The position numbers were made by a program, and so were the translations under genes. This document shows, piece after piece, positions 16,126 through 25,666 of a stretch of 64,000 nt of DNA (its first letter is position 1; the number at the start of each line of letters is the position of its first letter). Location of the stretch: positions 81,876 through 145,875 of the forward strand of contig JAQBRH010000002.1 in assembly GCA_028286565.1 (NCBI GenBank), given 5' to 3'. Below the pieces are notes generated by a model. That model was given only the letters and a program-made list of their open reading frames with translations. It made no database searches and was not told the origin of the DNA. This DNA is from Parcubacteria group bacterium (GTDB lineage: Bacteria > Patescibacteriota > Minisyncoccia > Phycocordibacterales > Zambryskibacteraceae).

Positions 16126-17325
16126 TTAGAGGAGTTGATCTATGGCCTTCTCAATCCTCTTTTTTGATTCGTCGACGCCGAGGATCTCGATCAGTGTAAA
16201 CGGGTCAGGAGACTTATCCTTGCCCGAGAGGGCGTAGCGGATAGGCCAGAGGACATTCCCCTTCCCCGCCTCTTCCGCGAATTTCATCAGCGCATCCTTG
16301 TCGCCGATGAGCGGAAGCGATTTCTCTAAATTTGTTCTGGCCTCAACTTTCGTCGAAGTTTTCCAGGCGATCTTTTCAAGATCAAGTTCCGGCGCCGTTT
16401 TAATATATTCCTCTTCGCCTATCTCCTTGGCTCGGATGGCCGCCTGCTCATCTTCAGGCAAAAGTTTGATATGCTCTTTGTTGAACCATTTTAATTTCTC
16501 GATGTTAAAGACCGCCGCGCCTTTTTGGACACGGTCGATATCGAACGCTTCGACCAATTCCGGCAATGTAAATATTTCTTTCTCCGTGCCGGGGTTCCAT
16601 CCCATAAAGGCAAAAAAATTCAGGAGCGCACCGGGCAGATAGCCTTCATCCTTGTACGTATCCACCCACACCATTGCTCCGTGTTTCCTTTTTGAAAGTT
16701 TTTTGTGGTCCGCATCCACGATGAGCGGGAGATGGGCATATATCGGCCGTTCCGCCCCTATGGCTTCTTGGATCAAAATTTGTCGAGGCGTATTTGAAAT
16801 ATGGTCCTCTCCTCGGATAACATGCGTGATCTTCATTTCGTGGTCGTCGACGACAACCGCCAGGTGATACAAAGGATCATCCACGGATCGAGCGATGATA
16901 AAATCCTCAAGTTCGGTTGTGTCGAACTCCACAGTTCCTCTGATGAGGTCCTCGAATACAACTTTTTTGTTCGGATTCTTAAATCGAATGACTTTTTTAT
17001 CAGGATTGAGCTCGCTTGCTTCGGCTACATAGGCGGTACCGTTGTCGAGCATTTTCTTCACATACGATACATAGATATCCGTACGTTCTGATGACAGATA
17101 CACTTCATCGTTCTCAATGCCAAGCCACATGAGTCCGTCCAGGATATTTTTTTCAAATTCTTTCGTGGAGCGAGTTTTATCCGTATCCTCAAATCTCAGA
17201 ATATACTTGCCTCCATGACGGCGCGCGAAAAGATAGTTAAATAAAGCCGTACGGGCTGTGCCGATATGAAGGTTCCCTGTCGGCGAAGGAGCCATGCGCA
17301 CGATGACGTTCTGTAGGTCTTTCAT
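16126..17325 (-). CDS. gltX: Glutamyl-tRNA synthetase (short, 399 aa)
   Basis: RMAPSPTGNLHIGTARTALFNY (HIGH region) and KLSKR (KMSKS). The C-terminal anticodon-binding region is shortened. Confidence 0.88.
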   Translation of the reverse strand: MKDLQNVIVRMAPSPTGNLHIGTARTALFNYLFARRHGGKYILRFEDTDKTRSTKEFEKNILDGLMWLGIENDEVYLSSERTDIYVSYVKKMLDNGTAYVAEASELNPDKKVIRFKNPNKKVVFEDLIRGTVEFDTTELEDFIIARSVDDPLYHLAVVVDDHEMKITHVIRGEDHISNTPRQILIQEAIGAERPIYAHLPLIVDADHKKLSKRKHGAMVWVDTYKDEGYLPGALLNFFAFMGWNPGTEKEIFTLPELVEAFDIDRVQKGAAVFNIEKLKWFNKEHIKLLPEDEQAAIRAKEIGEEEYIKTAPELDLEKIAWKTSTKVEARTNLEKSLPLIGDKDALMKFAEEAGKGNVLWPIRYALSGKDKSPDPFTLIEILGVDESKKRIEKAIDQLL

Positions 17326-17330
17326 AAGTA

Positions 17331-18461
17331 TTATCCGATCTCGTGATCAAGGGCGATCTTTAAAATTTCTTCCGCCACTTCGCGGGCGGCGTGAGGCTTG
17401 TAGAAAGCTCGAGCTGCTCCTCGCATGGCGCTTGCGACGGCGTCGTTTGTCACCAGCCTTTCAATTTCACCGGCCAAGATATGCGCGGTCAGGTTCTTTT
17501 CCTCGATGACCGAGCAAGCTCCGGCTCGCGCATAGGCAAAGGCGTTCGCGTGCTGGTCATGGCTGATGGATTCAGGTATGGGAATGATGATCGAAGGCAC
17601 GCCCCAGGCAGCTATCTCGAAGATGGTCGAGCCGGCTCGAGAGACGACCACCGAAGCAAGTCCCGCACTCATGCGCATAGCCAGAGGGTTCAGATAATCA
17701 AAGGCCTTGTATCGGTCGCCGTGGGTGGAGTTGACGAGTACCGCCTGGCTCGTCGATCGGGCTTCGATGAGATTCTTCGGACCGACTTGATGGATGATCG
17801 CATACTTCTCGACAAGGCGGGCCAGGTCTTCAAGGACGACGTCGTTGATCCTCTCCGCTCCCTGCGATCCGCCGAGGATGAGGATGACGGGGATATCCTT
17901 CTCAAGCTTGAGGAATTCCCTTGCGCCTTCTTGGATCGGCTCGGCGATGTCTTCGCGGACGGGATTCCCGGTGTGGGCGACCCGATCGGCGGGGAAAAAG
18001 TGCGCCGCTTCCGGATATGAGACGGCGATCTTTTTGGCGAACTTTCCGGCCCAGGCGTTCACTTTGCCCGGGCTCGTGTCCGATTCATGGATGACGACGG
18101 GGATGCGGAGGAGCTTGGCTGCGACGAGGACCGGGAAGCTCGCATATCCTCCCTTGCCGAAGACTACGTCCGGATACAGCTTATAGACCTTCCAGAGCGA
18201 CGTGAGGACCCCCCATCCGGTCTTGAAGAGGTCAAAAAAGTTGAGGACGGAGAAATATCTGCGCAGTTTCCCGGCCGAGGTTGAGATGTATTGGATATTG
18301 TTCTCGAAGAGGAGGCTCGAGTTGTACGGCGTCGGAGACATGTAGTAGAGCTCGGGCGCGAGAAGCCGCTTCTCCTTTACGAGTTCGCCGAGTGCTTTGG
18401 CAATGGCGATGATCGGATAGAAATGTCCTCCAGTGCCTCCTCCGGTAAAAAGAATTCTCAT
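17331..18461 (-). CDS. murG: UDP-GlcNAc:undecaprenyl-PP-MurNAc-pentapeptide GlcNAc transferase MurG
   Basis: ILFTGGGTGGHFYPIIAIAKAL matches the MurG N-terminal signature; GT28 C-terminal domain. Confidence 0.9.
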   Translation of the reverse strand: MRILFTGGGTGGHFYPIIAIAKALGELVKEKRLLAPELYYMSPTPYNSSLLFENNIQYISTSAGKLRRYFSVLNFFDLFKTGWGVLTSLWKVYKLYPDVVFGKGGYASFPVLVAAKLLRIPVVIHESDTSPGKVNAWAGKFAKKIAVSYPEAAHFFPADRVAHTGNPVREDIAEPIQEGAREFLKLEKDIPVILILGGSQGAERINDVVLEDLARLVEKYAIIHQVGPKNLIEARSTSQAVLVNSTHGDRYKAFDYLNPLAMRMSAGLASVVVSRAGSTIFEIAAWGVPSIIIPIPESISHDQHANAFAYARAGACSVIEEKNLTAHILAGEIERLVTNDAVASAMRGAARAFYKPHAAREVAEEILKIALDHEIG

Positions 18462-19564
18462 GCGCGTTTGATGGTTTGGGTCTTAGAGATGGAAAGCACG
18501 ATGCCGACCTCGAGAAGGGTGATGAAAAGTGAGGTTCCTCCGTGCGATACGAACGGCAAGGTGATGCCCGAGAGAGGAAGGACGCCCAGCATGGCTCCGA
18601 TATTCACGAAAGCTTGGGCTCCGATCATTATAACAATTCCGACGACGGTCAGTCTACCGAAGAGGTCCGGGACCCTGGAGGCGATCTTCAAGCCTCTGGT
18701 GACGAACAATACATAGAGGATGACAAGAACGGATGCTCCGACAAAGCCGAACTCCTCCGCTTCGACCGCAAATATCGAGTCCCCGATCGGTTCCGGGAGG
18801 AAATTGAACTTCTGGACGCTTTGGCCGAATCCCCTGCCGAACATGCCACCCGAGCCTATGGCGATCAGGGATTGCTGGATCTGATACGACGAGCCCTGGC
18901 CGTTCGCCGCCGGATGGATGAACGTGTTGATGCGCTGCATGACGTAGGGACGAGTAAAGGCAAGGAGAGCGAGGCCGAGCGCTCCGGCCACGGCAAGAGA
19001 AAGGATGTATCTCCACTTCCCTCCCGCCGCGAGGAAGATGGCTACGCCGGAGAACACCACCATCATGAACGTATCCGTGTCCGGCTGCTTCAGCAACAAT
19101 CCTCCGCAGACAAGGAACAAAAGTAAGAGAGGTGCGAATCCGTATTTAAATGTTTGCATCTTATTCTTCATGCCTGAAGCCCAGGCGGCAAAGTAAACAA
19201 CGAACGCGAGCTTCAAAAGCTCTGACGGCTGGACGGATAATCCTCCGATGATGAACCAGCGGCGCGCTCCTCCGTGTTCGAAGCCGATACCGGGGATAAG
19301 GACGAGAACGTTCAGCAGAACGGCCAAGATCATGAGGTAAAAGGCGTATTTCTTCCAGATCTTGTAGTCGAGCCTTGAGGTAAAGATCATGGCAAGCGAC
19401 CCAAGAAAGAGCCCGAGCACCGTTTGAGAGAAAGCCACGGAGGAATACTCGGCGCCGCTTCGAGCCAGAAGTCCCAAAGAAGCGGAGCTAAAAATAAAAA
19501 ACCCCGCGACCATGAGGATGATGACGGAGAGAAGATACGGCTTGTCTACTTTCCACTTTTTCAT
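18458..19564 (-). CDS. ftsW: SEDS-family cell-wall polymerase FtsW/RodA
   Basis: About 10 TM helices with FtsW/RodA conserved blocks; position in the dcw cluster; 4-nt overlap with murG. Confidence 0.85.
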   Translation of the reverse strand: MKKWKVDKPYLLSVIILMVAGFFIFSSASLGLLARSGAEYSSVAFSQTVLGLFLGSLAMIFTSRLDYKIWKKYAFYLMILAVLLNVLVLIPGIGFEHGGARRWFIIGGLSVQPSELLKLAFVVYFAAWASGMKNKMQTFKYGFAPLLLLFLVCGGLLLKQPDTDTFMMVVFSGVAIFLAAGGKWRYILSLAVAGALGLALLAFTRPYVMQRINTFIHPAANGQGSSYQIQQSLIAIGSGGMFGRGFGQSVQKFNFLPEPIGDSIFAVEAEEFGFVGASVLVILYVLFVTRGLKIASRVPDLFGRLTVVGIVIMIGAQAFVNIGAMLGVLPLSGITLPFVSHGGTSLFITLLEVGIVLSISKTQTIKRA

Positions 19565-19593
19565 ACGTGGATTATAGCACGGTGATTTTTGAT

Positions 19594-19624
19594 ATATAAA
19601 AACCCCGGCTTCCTTGAAGCGGGG
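19594..19624 (-). terminator. Intrinsic terminator after gene 19625..20023 (CCCCGgCTTC-ctt-GAAGCGGGG plus U-run)
   Basis: Hairpin with A5 on the plus strand, giving U5 on the minus transcript. A TATAAT box for ftsW follows. Confidence 0.6.
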
Positions 19625-20023
19625 CTACTCGGGCGAGAGGCCGGTGATCCTCTGCCACTTCACGATCAGGTTGTCGACGCTCGGGCGGCCGCGGATCTGC
19701 CTGAGGTCACGAATGCAGGCAAGGACGATCTCCCGCATCCGGCGGGCTCCCGGATCGTTTCCGGGCGCGGAGTGATCCTTGAACTGATGGAACCACAGCT
19801 CGATGTTCTCGGACGTGACGTTCGGCAGTGTGACCCTGCCACCAGCTTCCTCGTAGAACTTCATGAGCATTTCCGCATTGTGCGGAGTGAAGCTCTCATA
19901 CTGGAACATGCCGCAGAGGACGGAATAGAACTGGTAGACCGGGTTTTCCTGGGTCTGCATGGGGCACCTGGCGAGAGTAAAAAGAACCTGGACTAATTCT
20001 GCATTAAAAGGCCAATTTGTCAA
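19625..20023 (-). CDS. Hypothetical 132-aa protein in the dcw cluster, where murD normally sits
   Basis: ORF between mraY and ftsW; no recognisable motifs. Confidence 0.5.
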   Translation of the reverse strand: MTNWPFNAELVQVLFTLARCPMQTQENPVYQFYSVLCGMFQYESFTPHNAEMLMKFYEEAGGRVTLPNVTSENIELWFHQFKDHSAPGNDPGARRMREIVLACIRDLRQIRGRPSVDNLIVKWQRITGLSPE

Positions 20024-21106
20024 TTAGCCGATGAGGGCGAGGACCATGCCGAGGAGCGCGGACATCACGCCAAGGATCCAGTAGCGCATGGTCACTTTAT
20101 AGGCCGGCCAGCCGAGGGCTTCGAAGTGGTGATGGAGCGGAGCGACCAATAAAACCTTTTTACCCTGCCTGAACTTTTTTGAAAGCACTTGGACGATGAC
20201 CGAGAGCGAGGTGATGACAAGCGGAAAGGCAATGATCGGAAGGATGATCACGCCGTAGCCGTGCCCGAGGGTGTCCGTCATGAAGGCCACTACCGCAAGG
20301 GTGATGGTGAGCCCCATCGAACCCGTTTCTGTCATATAGAATCTCGCAGGAGGAATGTTGTACCAGAGGAAGGCGAGGATCCCTCCGACGATCACAAAGC
20401 AAAACGCCGAGAGGTTGATCTGCTGCTGATAGAATGCGATGCCTCCGTAGGCTGCGAACATCGAGGCGAAGATCCCGCCGGAAAGTCCGTCGAGCCCGTC
20501 GATCACTCCTCCGGAGTAGATAGCGAGAGTGACAAGGACGAAGAACGGGATGAAGAGAGGCCCAGCGTCGAATATTCCCCACCCTGTTGGAAGGCCAACC
20601 GTATGCACGCCGAGCTTCACATAGAACCACACGGCGGTGGCCAGGGCGATCAGGGCGACGATAAGGAGGCGCTTGCCAAGCGAGAGTCCGCCGGCTTTAT
20701 AATCCCCGCTTCCTTTGATCTCCATGAGGTCGTCGATGAGGCCGACGACGGCGCCGAGAGCGAGGGTAAAGAGCGGGATCCATGTTTGATTCCTTGAAAG
20801 AAGATCAAGCTTCGAAAGCGTGACCGAACCCGGGAAGATCTGCTCGAGGACCCATGCGCCGAGGACTGTGACGATGACGGAGAACCAGATGACGATCCCG
20901 CCCATTCGCGGAGTGCCGGTGTCCTTCAATTTATGAAGCTCGTTGAAGATCGGCGTTCCCCCGCCGCCGATGCCTGCGGACTTGCCGGACTTTTTCTTCC
21001 ACATCTCATGCTTGTAGAGATAGTTCGTGAGCACAGGGGCAAAGAGGATCCCGACGACGAAGGAGATGACCGGTGGAATAAAGACTTTGACAACGTCGAT
21101 CAGCAT
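20024..21106 (-). CDS. mraY: Phospho-N-acetylmuramoyl-pentapeptide transferase MraY
   Basis: GTPRMGG motif; about 10 TM helices; MraY conserved blocks. Confidence 0.9.
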   Translation of the reverse strand: MLIDVVKVFIPPVISFVVGILFAPVLTNYLYKHEMWKKKSGKSAGIGGGGTPIFNELHKLKDTGTPRMGGIVIWFSVIVTVLGAWVLEQIFPGSVTLSKLDLLSRNQTWIPLFTLALGAVVGLIDDLMEIKGSGDYKAGGLSLGKRLLIVALIALATAVWFYVKLGVHTVGLPTGWGIFDAGPLFIPFFVLVTLAIYSGGVIDGLDGLSGGIFASMFAAYGGIAFYQQQINLSAFCFVIVGGILAFLWYNIPPARFYMTETGSMGLTITLAVVAFMTDTLGHGYGVIILPIIAFPLVITSLSVIVQVLSKKFRQGKKVLLVAPLHHHFEALGWPAYKVTMRYWILGVMSALLGMVLALIG

Positions 21107-21120
21107 AGGGAAAGTATAAG

Positions 21121-22098
21121 CTATTTTTGGATTTCTTCCGAGAGTGTCTTGAAGGTCGCCTCGACAAGCTGGGAGACATCGGTGAACCGCTCATCGGCCG
21201 TAGATCCGAGAACAGAGATGATGATCGGCCTCCCGAGCTCGGGATCAAAAGCGATCACCAGGTTCCCGCCGGCGAGGTCGGTGAATCCGGTCTTTGAAGC
21301 CTTGATGCCCGGGATGTTGGCCACGATGGTGTCGGTGTTGTGGGCGGTATGAATAAAGTTGTCGAGGCTCTGGAGGCGGACGGTCTCGTTTCTCGTGGCG
21401 TCGAGAAGTTCCGGGTGGTTCTTTAATATATATGTCAGGAGTTTGGCCATGTCTTCGGCGCTCCCATAGGCTCCTCCTTTGCCCACTGATTCGCCCGCCT
21501 GCGCTGGCAGGTCGAGGCCCGTCTCATTAAAATAGTACGTGTTCTTCATATGGAGATCGTCCGCTTTCTTGTTCATGTTCGCGATGAAATCCTGCTCGGC
21601 TTCGAACTGAGTCGGATTTGTCTTATGTATCGCGCCGAGAGCGAGAGCTACTGCCTTGGTCCCGTCGTTCGAAGAGCTTGTAAGGGCGAAGTCGAGAAGG
21701 TTTTTAAGGCTCCATCTCTCTCCGACTCGGAGTCCGCTGTCGCCGTCCGCGCTGATCGCTTCCTTGGTGACGACTATGACGCTGTCTCCCGGTGCCAGGT
21801 CCGTGGCCACCACCGCGCTCATCACTTTCGTAAGGGATGCAAGCGGCAGGCGGGCGGAGGCGTTCTTGGCGAAAAGAACATTCCCGGTGCGGGCGTCGTA
21901 CACATAGGCGGCTTTGGCTTTGAGATCGAGATCTTCAAAATAATTCGTCACTACTCGCGACGGCACTGAGTTCCCTCCCCGATCTACCGTATGGCCCGAG
22001 AGTCCCGTGATGATAATGAGAGCCACCAGGACGAGCGCAAGCGCGCCGAAAAAGCGCAGTTCTGTCTTATTGGTGAGTAGCGGTTCGTGAATGGTCAT
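21121..22098 (-). CDS. D-alanyl-D-alanine carboxypeptidase (S11 penicillin-binding protein, DacA-like)
   Basis: SLTK (SxxK), SSN (SxN) and KTG motifs; N-terminal TM. Confidence 0.8.
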   Translation of the reverse strand: MTIHEPLLTNKTELRFFGALALVLVALIIITGLSGHTVDRGGNSVPSRVVTNYFEDLDLKAKAAYVYDARTGNVLFAKNASARLPLASLTKVMSAVVATDLAPGDSVIVVTKEAISADGDSGLRVGERWSLKNLLDFALTSSSNDGTKAVALALGAIHKTNPTQFEAEQDFIANMNKKADDLHMKNTYYFNETGLDLPAQAGESVGKGGAYGSAEDMAKLLTYILKNHPELLDATRNETVRLQSLDNFIHTAHNTDTIVANIPGIKASKTGFTDLAGGNLVIAFDPELGRPIIISVLGSTADERFTDVSQLVEATFKTLSEEIQK

Positions 22099-22646
22099 GC
22101 GGGATCTTTCTCTTCTTCCTTTTCTGATCGAGCAAATGCTTCAAGCTTTTCAAATCCGAGGCTGAATTCGGGCAAGTCTTCTTTCTTTTGAACACCGAGG
22201 AATCTAAAAAGTTCGAGCGTGGGCTTGTAGCTAAAGCTTCGTTCTCCCGTTTCGCCTGTTGCCTTCTCTATGAGGCCTCGGACGAGGAGGTTTCGCACGA
22301 TAAAGCCGGAGTTCACTCCTCGGATATAGTCTATTTCTCGGCGGGAGACGGGGCCTTTGTAGAGGACGATGGCCAGCGTCTCGAGGCCCGCTCGGCCGAG
22401 GTCGCGCGAGAATTCTTCTTTCTGAAGCTTCTCAATGAGGATCGAAAGCTCGGGGTTCGTACCGAGAGTGATCTTCTCTCCGTCCGTGACGATGACCATG
22501 CCGCGGTGTGTATAGAAAGCTTGGAGGGCCGAAATGGCGCTCCGGATCTTTTCAGGCGACTCGTCCAGAGACTTTGAAAGTTCGCTTACCGTCACGGGTT
22601 CGTTCTTGAAAAGGAGGGTAGCTTCTATTTTGTGCTCGAGGTTCAT
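22095..22646 (-). CDS. scpB: Segregation and condensation protein B
   Basis: Tandem winged-helix ScpB pattern (…GLETLAIVLYKGPVSRREIDYIRGV…). Confidence 0.85.
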   Translation of the reverse strand: MNLEHKIEATLLFKNEPVTVSELSKSLDESPEKIRSAISALQAFYTHRGMVIVTDGEKITLGTNPELSILIEKLQKEEFSRDLGRAGLETLAIVLYKGPVSRREIDYIRGVNSGFIVRNLLVRGLIEKATGETGERSFSYKPTLELFRFLGVQKKEDLPEFSLGFEKLEAFARSEKEEEKDPA

Positions 22647-22655
22647 GGGGTTCTA

Positions 22656-23408
22656 TTATACATAGTTAGGCACACCAAGCGATTCGGTTTCCATGTGGAT
22701 CTCTCCCCTGCCCTCCTGGCTTACCTTGATGGCTCCGCGCTTTACGAGCTCGAGCATAGCGAGGAAGCCGACGATGATCGAGACCTTTTTCTCGTGGCTC
22801 ATCTCGCCTTTTGCACCATAGTGCTCGCTGAACTTTATCTTGATGCCTTTGGACACGCGTTCGGCGAGCTTCTCGATCGTTTCTTCGAGACTGATCATCT
22901 TTTTGACCAAGGCTTTGGGCACTACTTCCTTTTTGGGCAGGGATTCGATGATCCTGTTCAGTGCACCGTGAAGTTCGGAGAGGTTCGTCTTTAAGTCCGG
23001 AGAAAAGACCACGGCCCGGTTCTTGCTCGGCGACTTTTCAAAAATAATATGTTTGCCGAACAGCTTTTTTACTTCTATAGAAAGCTCCTTGGCACGGGCA
23101 TAGAGAGCCAGCCGCTTTTCGAGGTCCTCGATCGACGCTTCCTCTTCTTCGGTTAGGGTAAGCATGGGGAGGAGCGAGCGCGACTTCACGAGCATGAGAG
23201 TCGAGGCTATAACGATGAACTCGGCGCTCTCTCCGATCGGGAACTCGTCGTGCGCTTCTATATATTTGATAAAGTCGTCCGTTACTTCGGCGAGCGAAAC
23301 GTCGTTCACAAAAAGCTTCCTTTTCTCCACGAGATCGAGCAAAAGGTCGAGAGGGCCTTCGAACACCCCGGTTTTCACTGTGTAATTGAGAGTATCCACG
23401 TCTGACAA
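22656..23408 (-). CDS. scpA: Segregation and condensation protein A
   Basis: FEGPLDLLLDLVEKRKL matches the ScpA N-terminal signature. Confidence 0.85.
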   Translation of the reverse strand: MSDVDTLNYTVKTGVFEGPLDLLLDLVEKRKLFVNDVSLAEVTDDFIKYIEAHDEFPIGESAEFIVIASTLMLVKSRSLLPMLTLTEEEEASIEDLEKRLALYARAKELSIEVKKLFGKHIIFEKSPSKNRAVVFSPDLKTNLSELHGALNRIIESLPKKEVVPKALVKKMISLEETIEKLAERVSKGIKIKFSEHYGAKGEMSHEKKVSIIVGFLAMLELVKRGAIKVSQEGRGEIHMETESLGVPNYV

Positions 23409-23429
23409 GTATAGCTTTTTAGGCCTATT

Positions 23430-23500
23430 TTTCCAATAAAAAAGACCCGCATGCGTTGCATGGGGCCGCTGGCCGGCGAGGCTTATTCCTCGCCGGCCAA
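23430..23500 (-). terminator. Tandem intrinsic terminators after the lipoprotein gene
   Basis: Perfect 11-bp stem GGCCGGCGAGG-cttatt-CCTCGCCGGCC, then a CATGC-gtt-GCATG hairpin followed by a U-run on the minus transcript. Confidence 0.65.
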
Positions 23501-23510
23501 TTCAGTTTTA

Positions 23511-24269
23511 CTACTGCAGATTCGGGTTGGCACTACGTGCCGCCGAGATGTCCGCGTACAAGCCACACTTGACCTGTACGCTGTACACCTTCTGCGGAAC
23601 CACTCCTGCATCGAAGCCGTCTGCGCGACTGGCCTGCTCAACCACTCCCATGCTGCTCGCGAACGTGATGCTGTCGTTGCCGACGCACGTCATGTTGTAG
23701 ATCCGGCGCGTGAGGACGAAGTGCCCGACGTTTTTGTCCGCCGGGAACTCCTTCTTGATGTTCACGAATGTCGCCGTGGTGCTGAGTCTCTCGAAAGTCG
23801 CCTTTTGGAAGCCGAAACTCGGATTGGTACGCGAGTATTCAGAGATCGTGAGGAGAATCTCGGAAGCGCTCTCGATCCTGATGCCGGGGTGCTTGCCGGC
23901 GTCGATCGGTGCCCAGTCTGTGGCGAACGAGTAGGTAGCCTTTGAGGTGCCATTGCTCTCACTGCCCCCCGTTCCGTAAGGAATGAGGGCGAGCGGAAAC
24001 TTGGTACCGGAGGGCGCGATGAAGCTGTAGGAGCTTCTCGTGTCAGTCGCGACCGGCGTGAGGTTCAGTTGCCAGTCGCTGCTGTCGATTGGACTCAGAC
24101 CCGTGTGGATGCCGGTCCAGTAGTTCTGGGGGCCGACGGCGGCGGTTGAGACAGTCATGACAGCCGTCTGGTTCGGAGAGACACGCTCTGGAGCGACGAG
24201 TGAATCGGAGCTACAGGCGGCGATGCTGAAGACGAAGATGGAGGCGACGAGGAAGCGAGGGGTCTTCAT
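23511..24269 (-). CDS. Hypothetical lipoprotein
   Basis: Start MKTPRFLVASIFVFSIAACSSD (signal peptide plus lipobox IAAC). Promoter-like TTGACA…TAGTAT and AGGAA SD lie upstream. Confidence 0.55.
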   Translation of the reverse strand: MKTPRFLVASIFVFSIAACSSDSLVAPERVSPNQTAVMTVSTAAVGPQNYWTGIHTGLSPIDSSDWQLNLTPVATDTRSSYSFIAPSGTKFPLALIPYGTGGSESNGTSKATYSFATDWAPIDAGKHPGIRIESASEILLTISEYSRTNPSFGFQKATFERLSTTATFVNIKKEFPADKNVGHFVLTRRIYNMTCVGNDSITFASSMGVVEQASRADGFDAGVVPQKVYSVQVKCGLYADISAARSANPNLQ

Positions 24270-24370
24270 GAGAAGGTTCCTGTGTCTGAATTGTATGAGG
24301 CAAAGTTGCCTCGGTGCTATCTTTATATATACTAGCACACTACATAGTTATTGTCAATAGCTAAAATAGC

Positions 24371-25666
24371 TTATGGATTAAGACGTTTTACATCTCTTGG
24401 GAGATAAGTAGCTTCTCGGACGTTCGGGAGGTCGAGGATCTTCATGATGAATCTGCCCGGGCCGATGCCCGCTCCACCGTGCGGAGGTACGCCGAATCTA
24501 AAGAAGTTCAGGTAATCCTTGAGTGGTTCGAGATCCATCCCCTTCTCCGCCGACTGTTTCTCGAGGATGTCGATCCTGTGTTCACGCTGAGCGAGGGTGG
24601 TCACTTCGATGCCTTTGTACAAAAGGTCCGCGCGTCGCGAGTGATCCGAGCCTTCTTCGAGGCGCATATGATAGAACGCTGATTTGGATTTGTGGTATTC
24701 ATGGATGAAGACAAAGTCATGATCATGTTTCTCCTTCACGTATTCGCTGATAGCTCGCTCTTCTTCAGGCGAGAGGTCATGCTCTTCTCCGCTCTCGATC
24801 CCTCGCTCTTTTAAAATAGCTTTGGCTTCGACCATGGTAATGCGTGGGAACGGCTGTGAGGGAACGGTGAGGCCAAGTTCGGGGAAGGCATCGTTCACCG
24901 CTTTAAAACCGGAGATGATCATCCCCTCTTCCGCATCCATCACATCATGATGAGACTCGACGTAGGCCATCTCGAAGTCCCAGCCGGTGAATTCGGTAAG
25001 GTGGCGGGTAGTGAACGATTCCTCGGCGCGAAACACCGGCCCGACCATGAAGACCTTTTCGAATCCCGAGGCGATGCCCATCTGTTTGTAGAACTGAGGA
25101 GACTGAGCGAGGTAGGCTTTCCTATCAAAATAATTTACTTCGAAGACTTCGGCCCCAGTTTCGGATGGAGTGCTCATGAACGACGGAGAATAGAGCTGGG
25201 TGAATCCTTCTTCGTCCCAATATTTTCTCCAGCCTTTCTCGAAGGCGGTCCAGACTTTGAATATCTTCGCCTTCTCAGGTTTTCTGAGGTCGATCCATCG
25301 GTGATCAAATCGGACGGGGGCCTCCGTCTCTTCTCCGCCCTTGATGGTGACGACAGGGATCGGAAGTTCCGGCGCAGCAGCAGAAAGCACTTCGATGTTC
25401 TCCACTTGGATCTCGACTCCGCCGGGAGCATTTGCTTCAGCCTTAGCCGTACCTGACATACGGACGACCGATTCGGTAGAAAGTCCTTTGGCCGTTTCGA
25501 AGGCGGGGCTATCGGCCATGACGACTCCTTGGATGGTCCCTGTTGTATCGCGGACAACGACGAAGGCGATCTTTGATTGGGCGCGGATAGCCTGGACGAA
25601 ACCTTGCACAGTTACCGATTCGCCGGCTTTTTGTAGAATTTCTTTGGTGGGGGTTGCTTTAAGCAT
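24371..25666 (-). CDS. aspS: Class IIb aminoacyl-tRNA synthetase, archaeal/eukaryote-type AspRS (AsnRS not excluded)
   Basis: FRAEESFTTRHLTEFTGWDFEMAY (motif 2), GGAGIGPGRFIM (motif 3), N-terminal OB fold; length 431 aa. Confidence 0.75.
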   Translation of the reverse strand: MLKATPTKEILQKAGESVTVQGFVQAIRAQSKIAFVVVRDTTGTIQGVVMADSPAFETAKGLSTESVVRMSGTAKAEANAPGGVEIQVENIEVLSAAAPELPIPVVTIKGGEETEAPVRFDHRWIDLRKPEKAKIFKVWTAFEKGWRKYWDEEGFTQLYSPSFMSTPSETGAEVFEVNYFDRKAYLAQSPQFYKQMGIASGFEKVFMVGPVFRAEESFTTRHLTEFTGWDFEMAYVESHHDVMDAEEGMIISGFKAVNDAFPELGLTVPSQPFPRITMVEAKAILKERGIESGEEHDLSPEEERAISEYVKEKHDHDFVFIHEYHKSKSAFYHMRLEEGSDHSRRADLLYKGIEVTTLAQREHRIDILEKQSAEKGMDLEPLKDYLNFFRFGVPPHGGAGIGPGRFIMKILDLPNVREATYLPRDVKRLNP

